Origin: Catajapyx aquilonaris
Lineage: Eukaryota
Direction: 5' to 3'
NCBI GenBank assembly: GCA_000934665.2
Contig: KZ538228.1
Coordinates: 1 to 64,000, forward strand
Length of the DNA stretch: 64,000 bases
The notes beneath the pieces are model-generated. The model had not been told where the DNA came from. It did not search any database and worked only from the letters and a program-made list of their open reading frames with translations. Position 1 is the stretch's first letter. The number at the start of each line of letters is the position of its first letter. This document shows positions 50,904 to 64,000 of this stretch, piece by piece. A program made the translations under genes and the position numbers.

Positions 50904-53900
50904 TCACCACCCATCGTCAGTTGAGCCGTTGTTTCCTCCAAATGATATCTTGTGACTGGTGCTACTGCTGCTGCTGTCTTTGGCTGGTCGGTTGTCGGTC
51001 AGAGTGACCTTTGACTTGAAGATAGCACCGCTTCTCTGGGCCCTCGCGCTGATACTCGAGGCGTCGCTCTTGCTGGAAATGGTCGGAGACGCCGCAGTCT
51101 TTTTCCAGGCGGCGTCTAGGTCCACGACGATTGGCTCGGGAGACTTGGCTACAAGTTTAGGAGGGCTGGAGTCCCTCGTTGCTGGAGTCCAGTAAGCTTC
51201 TGTTCGGTTCTGCTCTTCACGGAGAGGTTGTGCCGCTTCAAAGTACAAGTTAAGAGGCGGAGCAGCTGGTTTGTCTGCATCAAACTGAGGTGGTTCAGGT
51301 GGTTGAAACGTGTCAGTGGGTGGCTGCAATTGCGACTCCTCCCTCTCATGCCCTCTCGTTAGTTGTAGAACCCCATGCGATTTATCAGCAGTGTCCGACT
51401 TCCCTCCTTCTGACTCGGAGGATTGCAGCGGCTTTTCGGATGGGTATTGCATTCTATTCCGGTTCATAGTTGGTTCTGCACTGGAAGGTTGCCGTTGAGC
51501 CACTTCCATTTCTGGATTAGATTTATAACCCGAGGATCTTGCCTTCTGCGCTTCAGAAAAGTTCTGTTCACGAATCTGACGATTTCCCCTACGATCCGAC
51601 TGCGGTCGTGTCACATCTGAACGTGCCGTCCCCGGCCTTTCAAAGCTCGCTTCGTCCCAAACTACCTGTGCCTCATGCTGCTTCTCCTCGGCATCCAACT
51701 CTTCATCAATCTGTGATTCTTCGGGATGGAGCTTTGTGTAGCTCAGATGTGGCTTTGCAGCTGGTGGACGTGGCCTCCTTGTCCTTTCCCCTTCCTTCCA
51801 ATGCCTAGGCCACCCCTCTCTCGACATGCCAGGAGATGCTGCGTCGTTGAAATCCGCCACCCTTTCCCCCCGACTCCTGTTAGCCGCATCCTGAACCCAA
51901 CTGGAGACAAACTTGTTGTCCCTTAGATAATGCGTATCGTGAGACAAAGTGCCCGACTTGTACGTCTTGTACTTCTGGTCCATCCTTTCCTTTTGAGCAT
52001 CAATCTCAAGCAGCCTCTCCCTGGCACCTTCTAAAACGTGGTCCGTGGGGCTGAGTTCAGCAGACGCCACATCTGCCACTACCGCAGGTACATCTCGAGA
52101 CTTTAAGCGGCTCTCGGCATTCAGGAGTTCCTGCTTGGTTTCCCGAATCCCCTCCTGGATCTCCTTAAGCTGATCAGGCAGGTTCAATAGTCGCTGCACG
52201 TCGTTTGCGCCCTGGTCCAAGCCACAATCGATGCTCAGGGTGTGGCTTCCCTCCTGGTTCAGGACTCGGTTGATGCTCGGAACAGGATCTAAGGCATTCT
52301 GATGCCTAAATTCCGGGTAATGTTGGGGATATTGAAGGTGAGTACGAGATGGAATCATGAAGGGGTAACTGCGCAGCGCAGACTCCTGGTTTGGAATGCT
52401 CCCCTCATTTGCATCGTGTGTGAATTCCTGCAATGCTGCACCACTCTGGCTGAACATTTTGGTCTGCACTGCAGCAGTCCGCATCTCAACGGCCTGTGTG
52501 GAAACTGTCGCCTGCTTTAGTTGCGGTTCTGCAGGAACTACCGGGGCTTCATCCTTCTGCATTGCTTTCTGCAGGAGCATCAAAACGTCCTGAAGAATGT
52601 GTTGTGAAGGTTCCTCGACCGGCAATGGCACTGGAGCTGCTTCCGGTGCTAGATCTGTCAAGGTCCCCTTATCCACCGTCAGAAATGAACGATGGACGTC
52701 CAAATCGTGTGCCTTGTTGACCAGCTGGGCTTCACGCAGCTGGAAAAATGGGAATGCAACACTCGGCTAGCAGACTTCAATCTGCAACTTACCTGCAGCC
52801 AGCTCTCCTTCTGGTTAAGCTCCTCTTGTCTCGTCCTGATCTGGTCCATCCCGGCAAGCACCTCCTGCCGCTGCTGGTGCAGCCCTGTCACCTGTCGTTG
52901 GGCCTCCTCTTCTCTCCGGGCTGCTCTGGCCTCCGTCTCTTTGACTCGTATGTCCGCCGACCTTTCCACCTCTTCCCGCCACTTGCGGAGCTCCTCCTTG
53001 CACTCAGCCTCCACCTGGATCCTCATCCTCGACTCCTCTCCCTCCTTAAACTTGGCCACCTCCGCAGCCACTTCCTCCTTCCTCCGCTTTTCCATCTCCA
53101 CCCGCATCCGCAACAGGTGGCTGTCAATGTCTTCATTCAGCGGCTTTTTCCGTGTCTGGTAATCCTGGTCGACCATCAGGAGGCGTTGATCCAGTGTCGG
53201 CGGGTCAGCCTGTGGGTCTGTTTGCGGCTGGCTCCAGCCGCGAGACAGCACCCGTATGATACAACCAATGAGCGACGGTCCTTTCCGATCCTGGTACTCC
53301 TTGATTATAGCCTTAAACTGTTCGGAATCAGCCGGGATTCCTAGGCACCCAACCAGGCCGTCCAGATCCTTCAACTCAAACCGCAGCTCATCCTGTAATT
53401 ATTGAAACGTGTCAACACTGCCACTGAACCGCATCGTACAAACCTTACCACAGTGGCTTTCATTGGCGTTTGGAGCGGCTGCGGAAGAAGAGCCGCCAGC
53501 ACCGGCGCCTCGCTTGCCAGCACCGACAGCGAGTAGTGGCAATTCCGTGCAGACAGATGCTCCGCCACCAGCAGATCCAACGCCTGGAGATGCGGCGCCG
53601 GCGGAATCCCGCTTCCCATCAGGTTCGGTACGTCCCCTTCCGCAGACTTCTTCAGCGCCGTCACTAATCGGTGACGCAGAATAGTCTGCAACTCCCGCAC
53701 TATTCCTTGCTGCTGAAGCCTGCGGACAAAACTCATGTACGTAATTTCAACGTGATGTACAGCGATACATGCGGAATGTGCTTCGTTACATAGTAATACA
53801 AAAAATAGATACACTGTAATTAGATTATTACCGTTTTACACATATTGTTACACATTAAATCACAGCAACATTCCATGTTCCGTACTGGACAAGTGCGCTT

Positions 53901-54079
53901 CGTTACATTCTAGTCATAATTACAGTAATGAACTGGGCAAATATTAATTTTCTGATTTTTATTCCATATTATTCAACCTGAAATGTCTATTTATCTTACC
54001 ATTCTGACAGCTTCTTCGTGAACTCCTCTTCAGTGAGTCCAGGCCAATTCGGACCGTCTCCCCAGCTGTTCATCTCCAT
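50904..54079 (-). CDS. OFD1: OFD1-like centriole/basal body protein (N-terminal LisH-like region plus coiled coil), 4 coding exons, ~928 aa
   Basis: Exons (-): 54079-54000, 53719-53449, 53392-52793, 52739-50904. LTEEEFTKKLSEWLQQQGIVRELQTILRHRLVTAL and LQALDLLVAEHLSARNCHYSLSVLASEA match the OFD1 N-terminus. LDQRLLMVDQDY, EVAKFKEGEESRMRIQ and QQRQEVL match OFD1 coiled-coil blocks. The C-terminal ~600 aa are low-complexity and unrecognisable. Confidence 0.8.
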
Positions 54080-54235
54080 TTTTTCCTCCCAAATAATTGC
54101 TCTAAATGTCCCAAAAAAATTAAGTTCAATTCTATTTTCAAAGGATTCCAATTTGTGTTCCAAAGCGATGGACGATCCTCCAATAGCAACAGGAGTGACG
54201 ATAGAGCGATACTTTTTTATATATATAAAAAAGAG
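54080..54235. promoter_or_regulatory. Bidirectional promoter between OFD1 and ETFDH (156 bp between the ATGs)
   Basis: Divergent start codons at 54079 (-) and 54236 (+). A near-palindromic ctttttt-atatatat-aaaaaag element lies at ~54212-54233. Confidence 0.7.
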
Positions 54236-56870
54236 ATGGCGTCGATCTTTGGACAACTGAGGCCCCTGTCTGCTGCTGGTAAATAATTTTTTTAATGGCT
54301 TTAATGGCCTTTAGAGGGTCTGGAAAATGGCGTTAAAATTGCGTCTGAATAGGGGCTACCACAATTGGTGGTTGCTAACAACAAGAAGGCCTCTGTTGTT
54401 GAGTGCTGAATCACTTAATTGTTGTGTAATTACTTCCCCTGCACAATTACATGCAAATACTATGAGTTGTAATTTATAACATTATAAATATAGTAATATA
54501 AATAGATTTAATGAAACTGCCTCTGTTGTCAAAAGGTCGTTGTAGACATCTTATCTAATCAAAGGTTGCGCAAACAATTGACGGTTGACATGTGCTGCGC
54601 TTGTTGAATATTTTTCAGGCGGTTTAGTACGTAATGGGCTTCAAGCGTCGCTTCGGTTGTGTCACAACCAGGAGCAGAGCTTTCCGAAGATTACGACTCA
54701 TTACACGATCGTTCCGAGAGACAATGATCCAAGGTGGAAAGGTTTGTGGGGGGTTGACAATTATTCGAAGCGAGCTATGTGTTGTGCTAATTGCAACTGT
54801 AATTGCAGATGTGAAGATGGAACGATACACTGACGACCCTGATGTTGTGATCGTTGGCGGAGGACCGGCCGGACTGTCAGCAGCAATTAGGTTAAAGCAG
54901 GTGGCTACCGAGAAGGGGAAGGATCTCAGGGTTTGTGTCGTGGAGAAGGCTGCCGAGCTTGGTAATTATGCAATTTTGTATTTTAATTCTCACTCTTTAA
55001 ATAATTTTTAATAAATGTGTGCCAAGACCCCCTTGGTTCAAACACTATGTTAGATGTTGCTTTTACATTTCAGGTGCGCACACATTGTCCGGTGCCTGTA
55101 TTGAGCCTCGTGCCTTAAACGAACTGATCCCCGACTGGTCTGAAAAGGGTGCGCCTCTAAACACGCCAGTAACTGACGACAAATTTTACCTACTGACTGA
55201 GTCGGGTCGTATTCCTGTCCCAATCCTGCCTGGGATGCCCATGCGCAACCATGGCAATTACATAGTCAGACTGGGCCATCTGGTGAAGTGGCTTGGAGAA
55301 CAGGCCGAGGCTGCTGGAGTTGAGTTGTACCCTGGTTATGCCGCTTCCGATATTCTCTTTGAAGGTGATGCCGTGGCAGGGATTGCTACCAATGATGTGG
55401 GGATAGCGAAAGATGGGTCTCCCAGAGAGGGAGTGTTCGAGCGTGGCATGGAGATGAGAGCAAAAGTCACAGTGCTTGCTGAAGGATGTCACGGGCATCT
55501 CACGAAACAGCTGGTGGCAAGGTACGGACTGCGGGACGGGAAGGAAGCTCAATCGTACGGAATTGGACTGAAGGAGCTCTGGGAGGTCCCCAAAGAGAAA
55601 CACAAGCCTGGAAGCATCCTGCACACTGCCGGATGGCCTTTGGTAACTTCATCTCTGGACAGGTTATCTAGCAAAGGGATTAATGTTTGCTCATGTTGAT
55701 CCATATCCACAGGATCGGAATACATACGGTGGTTCCTTCCTGTACCATCTGAACGAGCCGACTCCGCTTGTTGCTCTCGGATTTGTGGTTGGCCTGGACT
55801 ACCAGAACCCTTACCTGAGCCCATTCAAGGAGTTTCAGCGATGGAAAACACATCCTTCCATTCGACCCTTGCTTGAAGGGGGTACACGCATATCCTACGG
55901 TGCCAGAGCTCTAAACGAGGGTGGATTCCAGTCTATCCCGAAGTTGACTTTCCCTGGAGGTTGTCTCATAGGGTGTAGCGCTGGGTTTTTGAATGTGCCG
56001 AAGATCAAGGGAGTGCACAACGCTATGAAGAGTGGAATGGTTGCTGGCGAGAGCATAGCCGAAGCCTTACTGGATGGTGCGGAAGGTCTGCATTTTCCAA
56101 GTTACAATGTTTTATGTTATGCTGCCGTCAGCAGAGTAACGGAAAGTTCCATTTCCAGGCCCAGTTGAGCCCAAGACATACGAGCAGCGACTGAAGGAAT
56201 CGTGGGTGTGGAAGGAGATGCATTCGGTGCGTAATATCCGTCCGAGCTTCCACTCTAGCTTGGGTCTGTATGGCGGAATGGCCTATACCGGCTTGGTCTA
56301 CTACACGATGCGTGGGAAGGAGCCTTGGACTCTCAGCCACGGACATCCAGATCATGCTAGATTGAAGCCAGCTTCCGAGTGCACTCCAATTGAGTACCCT
56401 AAGCCTGATGGACAGGTGACATTCGACCTTTTGACTTCAGTGGCTCTGACAGGTACTAATCATGAAGGAGATCAGCCGCCCCATCTGACCCTGAAGGACG
56501 ACACTGTGCCTGTAAAGAATAACTTAGGTGTATTTGATGGACCTGAAGCCAGATTTTGCCCAGCAGGTGAGAAATTTGTGTAATCAGACAGTTCAGCGGA
56601 TTTTGTTGCTCTTTATTAAAGGTATGATGTACTGAAGTAATTTCCAACATGAGGCACCCAACAATCGAGTAAAACTCAATTGCAAAGTGAAACATCTTCA
56701 TTTCAGGTGTTTATGAATTTGTGCCTCTGGAGTCTGGCTCAGGTCAGCGCCTGCAGATCAATGCTCAAAACTGCATCCATTGCAAGACTTGCGACATCAA
56801 AGATCCGAGCCAGAACATCAACTGGGTGACTCCAGAAGGTGGAGGTGGACCTGCGTACAATGGGATGTGA
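54236..56870 (+). CDS. ETFDH: Electron transfer flavoprotein-ubiquinone oxidoreductase, mitochondrial, 7 coding exons, ~610 aa
   Basis: Exons: 54236-54278, 54619-54741, 54809-54961, 55074-55642, 55713-56085, 56159-56566, 56707-56870. Motifs: [30 protein letters not shown] (FAD-binding), [39 protein letters not shown] and [34 protein letters not shown] (4Fe-4S). Confidence 0.98.
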
Positions 56871-59659
56871 TTTTCCCTCGTGTTCAAGAAGGCGGACTTT
56901 ATCGCAACATCACATGTTAATGGACAATTCAATCGCTGTATAGAAATGTAGATATTTTTTGGTATTCAAAGAGTATTTTGGTACATATTTTTCCTGTTGC
57001 TATGGTCTCAGGTTCCTTTTTTTTTTTTTAGAAGCGTATAATTACCAACTTGGTGCAAAGTTGCGGGGAGAGTTTCGCTATGTAGGTGGCATCTAATTTG
57101 GGATAGAAATGGTGTTATATGAATTATGTAAAGGGGCGACTGTAATACTGCATGTATCCATTTCTTGCATGCAATGGCTGAATTATTGAACTCAAATATT
57201 GTAATTACGAGAGTTATACTATAAACAATTTGTTTAGAAAATGTGTACAAATAAACAAGCAACAAAACATTTATTTTATTTATTCTGCGGTATAATGTTA
57301 TCATAAGCAAATGTTTCGCATTACTGTCAGAATTGCTCAGGAAAATGGATTTTGCTGTTTTATTAAATGTGATTGTTTCGTGATTTGTTGATCTTACCTA
57401 GTAGACCTAAATATTTGGTAGGGAGGTCATTCACATTTCGGAGATATGCCGGTGTTTGACAGCCAATCGGATTCTATTTTTCTTTGTGTATGAGCACAGT
57501 TCAAAAGTTGACTAATAGACCTCATTAGCGAGATACCTTACAAGCGGCTACGTGCATGATACGCATTGTGTCGACTACTGTCATTGCCCACGCGCACAGA
57601 AGAATATTAGTCCTGTTACACAGTATCATAATAAGCCACAATCTTTTTCCTCTGCAACTTGAAAACCAAACAAGAGTAAGCCCCACAACTTTCTTGATTA
57701 ACTCTGATCTGCTGAACACAAAAGCGCTCTTTTGAAAGTTGAACAACCTCCTGAATGATTTAACTTTTATTCCCTCCTCCCCATATACTATATAACTCCT
57801 CTCTGGCTTCTGCGGCCCATCAAACAATGAGCATGCGGGAAAACTGGGGCTTCCTTAACTTATTCAGTAGATGGGAGCCAGTCAGTAACCTCGTATTGAT
57901 ATAACTGCATGCGGTTGTGTATATGTGTGCACATGTCAAGCTCCTCAGATTCACATGTAATTTTCCACTGTTGCATGTGATATCGAACCGCTTTTCTCCC
58001 TCCCTTCCAACTATAGCAGCTCAACGCCCCCACCCTCGAAAAATCGAAGCAAGGCTCCTGACCCTTCCCAACATCCACCCCTCTACTAGTCTCTATATAC
58101 TCGCTGGGTCAATGTCTCCAAGACAGCAGGAGAAGGTCGCCTACCCTCCCTCAATGTTCCCCAGTTCCCCAGCACCCCTTACTAGGATTTATTGAGCACC
58201 ATGACTCTCTTTTTTTCTCTCTCTCTCTCTCTTTCGGTAGTGGTCGACTATCGTCCTTGAATTGGACGGGAAGCAATTAGGGAAGACGTAATTAGACATA
58301 AGTGCGTGTAAAAAGGGGAGAGGGCAAATCGGTTTGGAAAAGGTTACACACAGTTGTTGGACATGAAAGTTTTATCCTGGATGTCTAGTTCCAACTAGGC
58401 AATCCGCAATACACACATGTTGGGATGGAGAGACTAACAAGCAGGATACAGTGTAAAACATCTCTCTCGTAGTATAAATGGGAAAGTTTGTCCATATGTT
58501 GGTCCCATCTACCTAACCCACTTTTGGACTGCTGAGAGTACTGAAATTTGGCACACTGACCTCGTACGTGGTGTTTTCAGTGGAAGGTCCGAAAACTGCA
58601 CTTTTTTGAGTCTAATAAATTACTCGAAATTTAAGATTTACTGTCATACATAATTGGCTAGAGTATGCGACTCTGGTTGTCCGGGGTGTGGCACAGCCAT
58701 ATATGTGAGGGATGTGGTACTATATCTCAACCGTTTTTGCTACATTTTCAAAAACACAAGTTACGCGCATGTTGTTTGACAATTAGCGATTAGATCATCG
58801 ATATAATTGTGTGAAAGGCAATCAATTGTTGCGTGATGCTTCAGTGTACCGCAATGCATGTGACTAATACGTGTACAGTGACCTTGTTATTTTCAGAAAA
58901 TTGAGTAGGGTCAGGGCTTTTATTGACGAGTTTTCTAGGAAGGTTCACCGAACGGAATTTCGGCACAGTCATGGGGTCTACTACTCTGCGGATATTATAG
59001 GCACCGTCAGACCGTCTAGCGTTTTTTAGTTCGAGTACATCAGACCTGTTTGAATCATTGGGAAAACCCGTAACGAGCCACGGAGTCGCACTGCTCTTCT
59101 GCGAAAATCCCTGGCTAATCTGGAAACTACTATCGTTCATGCCGCTTTTAGACAAATTGATTTTTAGCCGTATAAATAGTTTCGTTACCGATGATTTAAT
59201 TAGATCGCGTGTGTATACCCAAAATAACTAGTTATTTCATGACATTTTATTTTCCTCCTCTGCTACAGTATGTATTATTGATTTCAACAACAATCGACAT
59301 AGTAAAATGTGTGTGTAACTTATAGATAGGGCCTACACACATAGCCTACTAAAATAATGCACCTACTGTAGATATCATGATAATAATTACATTTATACGC
59401 ACCATTTTCACATTTATAGTAGCCTCCTAAATAGTGCAAGCATTTTTTTTGATAAAATGTGTGTAATAATAATAGGCATACTCTCAAAGAAATATTTCAA
59501 ATTATTTTTTGGCTCACTATTAGTTATTTTCACTTAAATTCCGTTTAAAAAGATAAGTCATTTTATATTATATGCATTCAAATTAAATGCGACTCGTACT
59601 TATAGGTTTTTTAAATATAAAATTACTAAAAAATATATAAACAAATAATTATATAAAAT

Positions 59660-60070
59660 GTATATAAGGTGTGATTTCGTCTCATTTATTCAAAAGTTGC
59701 TGAATTTTGAGTTGAGATTCACTCCAAAGAAAAATGGCGTCTACTCGGAAATTTGATATTGATTATAATTAAGTAATTATATGTATCTGTGTAAAATAAT
59801 GTTATAATAAGGTAATGATTTTCCACACAGTATTCAAAAGTTGCTCTTTCGAGTTGGGATTCACTCCAAAAATGGCACCAACTCGGCTCGCAGAGTTATT
59901 TTCACTTCAACTCAATTAAAAATTTTGAGTCAGTTTCATTCGATATTGATTCTAATTGAATATTTATAAATGTATGTCTCTAAAATAATGTTAATTAGGT
60001 GTGATTTCCACTCATTTCTTCAAAAGTTGCTCTAGTTGAGATTCACTCCAAAAAAATGGCGTCTACCAAT
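59660..60070. repeat. Three diverged direct repeats (~140-190 bp period)
   Basis: The core ttcaaaagttgct...gagattcactccaaa..atggc recurs at ~59689, ~59833 and ~60019. Confidence 0.75.
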
Positions 60071-60860
60071 AAGTGATATGTCACTCGGCAATAATTCGAT
60101 TAAGCAAGTCCCTATAATTCCATCCGTATATTTTTTTTAAATCAATCGATTTGATCGCATTACCCTTGGCTCCAGCCTGAGGGAGCAATATTTATCAAAG
60201 ACTACCTTGTTTTGGTTCTCGTTTCTGGTGGGGGTTGGTTGGTTTCCACTCTCTTGGGTTTATTTGGGAGGGTTTGAGTTGGGTTGTGTGTTGGGAAGGG
60301 TGGGTTGGTGGGTATATCCTGATGCCGACGCCGAAGTGACGTCACCGTCGAAGTGGTCCTGTCGAGTTAGGGATGGCGAAGGGAGAGAAAAATCACATGG
60401 TATTGAAAGGCGGGCCCCGCTCTCTTTTGTTCGGACTTTGGGTGATTCAGAGGCCCAGCTGGCTTTTATGCAGACCTGATTTTCGGAGAGGGTGATGCTG
60501 CTGGGGCTGGCTGGCTGGGGATGGAGGGTGGTGGGATGGCGCGGGGTACAGCCCAGAAGGACCCTCAGTTTGGTCTTTCATTCATCTCCCGGATCCTCTT
60601 TGTTCGGCACACGAGTCCCGGATTAGGGAAGGATTGTGTTGCCTCTCTCCATCTGGCTCATCTAACCTTGTCTCTGAAAAAGTTCTAGCGTCACTTTGTC
60701 CCCATGCTCTGCGAAAAAACTGCAATTAAAGGTGACAAGTTAGCTTGAAACATGTATTTGTGGAAATACCTTTTTTGGGGGAAGAAAAAAATCTAGAATA
60801 TGACCCACATACAGGGCGGCATTAGGAAAATAGTTAGAAAAATTGTTCAAATTTTGCTCC

Positions 60861-61225
60861 ACCCTCTAAAATACTTTCAACTCGATGAGCGATGATTTTC
60901 ACTATTTCTTCTACTTGATTTGAATCCCATTCTTTTAGAGTGAATATGACTAGATCACTTTGAAATTTTTCACTCGCAGCTGAGCGAAATGAGCAGACAA
61001 TTCGAGTGAAACCATCACTCGTATTCGAGCGAAAAACCACTCCAATTGAGCGAAATTGATTTCACTCAATGAGTAATAACCCCACTCATTCTCACTCTTA
61101 TTTCGAGTAATTTTCCAGTCAATTAGAGTTAAAGTAAATTTTTTCGGAGAGAAATTCACTCAACAAAAAGAGCATATTTTGAAATTGCTCATTTTTTTCA
61201 TTTTCACTCGAAATTTTTAGAGAGT
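60861..61225. mobile_element. Possible MITE-like element with short imperfect TIRs and an ACTC/GAGT-rich interior
   Basis: accctctaaaat at the 5' end versus tttttagagagt at the 3' end, with many internal actcg/cgagt/actca motifs. No TSD seen. Confidence 0.35.
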
Positions 61226-61259
61226 CATATTAGTACCTTATATGTATTAATTTGCTGAT

Positions 61260-61296
61260 GCTCCTCCTCCTCCTCCTCCTCCTCCTCCTCCTCCTC

Positions 61297-61331
<35 letters not shown>

Positions 61332-61357
61332 GTTGCTGCTACTGCTACTGCTACTGC
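61260..61357. repeat. Compound trinucleotide microsatellite (CTC)n-(CTA)n-(CTR)n
   Basis: Directly visible; gives rise to the spurious poly-Leu ORF 61252-61455. Confidence 0.95.
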
Positions 61358-64000
61358 AGATTTTGGAGCGTATATCGCCTATACTTATTCATAGAAACAG
61401 TGCTCTTTGCACAGTGATTTTGACCCCCTTTTGCACCCACTTCGCATGCCCATAATTTCAACCACATCAGCTGCACCGATTTTTATCGAATCCCAGTATC
61501 GCACCTGTTAACACGCTAACCTTCTTTTTACGTCCTGGAGGGCTTCCTGGAGACTTCCAGAGGATAATTCCTCCTTTGGGGGGGCTTGTATCGAATGTCC
61601 CAGAGTGTTATGGGTTTGGTAATAGGGGCCTCCGGATTTGGCAGTGCAGATAAGGGGGGCACGCTTCGGAATTAAGCCTTGTGGCCGGTCCAAAAGCAAG
61701 AGAGAAAGAAGTTGGGGGGGCCAACCCTTATTCTTTTGTTCAGCATCCCCCTTGCTTCAGATGACGCGTGCTGCTCAAGCCCCCCCTCTAGCATCCCTGA
61801 CCCATGCTATATAGTTCCCCCTATACTCTTTGTTGATCGCAGGACTGCAATTTTCTGAGAGGCAGATAAGACTGATTATTATGCGAGCTTTCTTTCATTG
61901 AATTAGGTGCCCAACCTTGGGATTTACTATGGCGCACTTTGGTCTATAAAAGGGAGGCTGTGCAAGAGGGGGAGATTTTTTTAACAACAGGATATTGGCC
62001 TCATGACTGTTTATTACTGATGCAGGAAGTGGTTATTAATAACAGGCGGAAGTTAAAGTGTGAATTGTTGAATTATTTAGTTGCCAATATTTGCTTAATA
62101 TTTCAATTTCATTCGGTCTCCAATGTTGGTAAGTGTTCTTTCCATGCAATAAAATTTATATTCCTGCTAAATGTGACACCACGAGTCACAGCTGGCGTTG
62201 GTCGGATTAGATTGCTACGCAACAGTGACCGCTGCGGTTTAAGTCATGCAATATAGAGTCATGAAAAAAAGAGACGGTTGCAAACAACCAGACATGTCCT
62301 AATAAGTTTTTGCAACAGAATGAGCTTACATTCAATAAACATGGCAGTGAATATTTATTTGAGCATTCCGCCAAAATTTTCATGTAAAACAACCCCCCCC
62401 CCCCTACTCAGCACTAATAAGTACAAACACCCCGCCATTTCCCCCTTCATGTGCGAATTCCCTGCGTGCAAAGTTAACCCCTCGAATTAATTTTGGGCGA
62501 CTTGACCACTTTCACGGTCATCATCTCGCCTAACCCACCACATAACGAGTACAAATTACTGGACCGATTTAATGCGGCAACGTTTTACAGCACGTTTGGT
62601 CCCGTCCCTTGAAAAGTACTCAAATTTTTGCCCCTTTCCCCTCCCCCGGAAAACTCTTTTGCTGACCAATCATCCGGAGAAATCCGGGGGTCCCAAAAAT
62701 GGGTGGTGGGGGGGGGGTCAATCTCATCCAATAATCCTGTAGATATAGCCTCATCTCAAAAAAAAATCCTACCCTGACGTAACAATTAGACCAAACCCAC
62801 CCTTACATGCTATACAACCCTGCGTGATTCACAACCCCCTGACTCACGCATGCAGTGTTGCCATGTTGTGAATGATTATTGTCCACACAAAGGAAAAGAC
62901 TCGAAAAAATTGTGTGTTACAAAAAAAACGAGTTTTCAACAACGGGAACTATTATTGTTATTGCCTTTTTTTGGAGTTGATTTATGCTTTTTTAAAAAAA
63001 TGGTGGGGGAAATGGTGCCCATATTCCATAGAGAAAGGAAGAGAGAAAAAAATGGCCACAGAAATTGATTTTTGTACAACACAGTGTGCAAATGGCGCAT
63101 AAAGGATCACGTTTGGGCGCATATGTTTGCGGGTTGCCTGGAGGGGGGGTTGGACGCTTTTGTGTTTGTTTTCACAAAATGCGTTTGCGTGCCTTTTCCC
63201 AAGTCATACCAGGTCAAAAACTTTTGCTCGTTTCAATTTATGGTAACTATAAAAAAAGTGGGTCTCCAAAGTGAGGGAACTCAAAATTGTCCGGATTTAT
63301 TGCTGTAATGAATAATTATATTGACAGACGTGACAAAATTATGTGATACAGAATTGTCCGGAACTGAACTTTTCAGGAAATTGTCATAAAAGGTGCGTTT
63401 ACCCCCATTATTTTCATAAAAATGGCGTATGTGCATGTAAAGGAGAAAACCTGATGAGATAAGTACACAAGATAAAAATTATAATATTATAAAATATGGC
63501 CGTAATGAATAATTAATGGCACAAATTATGTGATACGTTTCAGGCAAACGTGACCGCTTCTCATCCTGTCAGTTCAAGTGTTGCAGTTTCACCTTCTTGA
63601 TTTTCCTGTGAATTACAATGCGTAATTATTGCGCAATTGTTATGAGCTTCAATATCATGCGGTGCACGTTCTGTTTAGAAGGTGTCGAACATAAGTGCCG
63701 CCCAGCTGCGTCCATTATTATCATACAAAACATCACTCCCACGATCCATCTTTTTGTATTGTTGAAAGCTATATAGAAGGCACACAATTTCCATCATCAT
63801 CATGATTGGATAATCTCGCGCTTGATTTACCACCGAGCAAAATTGCTCTCTCAAAACTCATTACAAATAATTTCGAATTGAAGACTTGCTTGGTAATATA
63901 ACGAGCCCATTTGTAATCAACGTACGCATGTCTCTCTTGGCCCACTTTAGTCTCCCCTACTCATCATATGAGACATGCATGCTGGAAAAGGATTACCCGA

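Noticed and set aside
39782..55824. Numerous long antisense or alternate-frame ORFs overlapping CEP135, the nested gene, OFD1 and ETFDH exons
   Set aside because: These are expected shadow ORFs of GC-rich coding exons, with no independent splice or domain evidence.
58500..59230. ORF 58841-59155 and tgaaatttggcacac-type motifs suggesting a transposon remnant
   Set aside because: No transposase/RT motif, TIR pair or TSD could be identified.
60200..60660. GC-rich block with a TGACGTCA (CRE) palindrome at 60337-60344 as a promoter
   Set aside because: No associated exon or gene can be identified in the window, and a single 8-mer is weak evidence.
61252..61455. Poly-leucine ORF resembling a signal or TM peptide
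   Set aside because: It is the translation of a CTC/CTA microsatellite.

Overview
Eukaryotic, intron-rich animal genomic DNA. The gene families and the ~55-65 nt minimal introns look arthropod-like, but the species cannot be named from sequence. Splicing the ORF fragments by hand (GT-AG, phase-checked) gives nine protein genes. In order they are: three tandem paralogues of a small multi-pass membrane protein (DUF4728/LAPTM-like, +, 954-5033); LARP1 (-, 16 coding exons, ~1308 aa); ABHD18 (-, ~491 aa); CEP135 (+, ~1091 aa), with a secreted cysteine-repeat (DUF4789-like) gene nested antisense in intron 7; OFD1-like (-, ~928 aa); and ETFDH (+, ~610 aa), head-to-head with OFD1. The best signal not visible in the ORF track is three paralogous box C/D snoRNAs (SNORD12/snR190-like, antisense to 28S rRNA GGGGAAAGAAGAC) in LARP1 introns 6, 7 and 13. 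Other points of note: ABHD18->LARP1 order matching human ABHD18->LARP1B, a candidate stem-enclosed poison exon in LARP1, a frameshifted paralogue and a shifted intron in the tandem array, a minisatellite built from a transposon-like end, a 34-bp hairpin and several MITE-like elements. No gene could be supported in 57.4-64 kb. All gene models are manual and unverified by transcripts.
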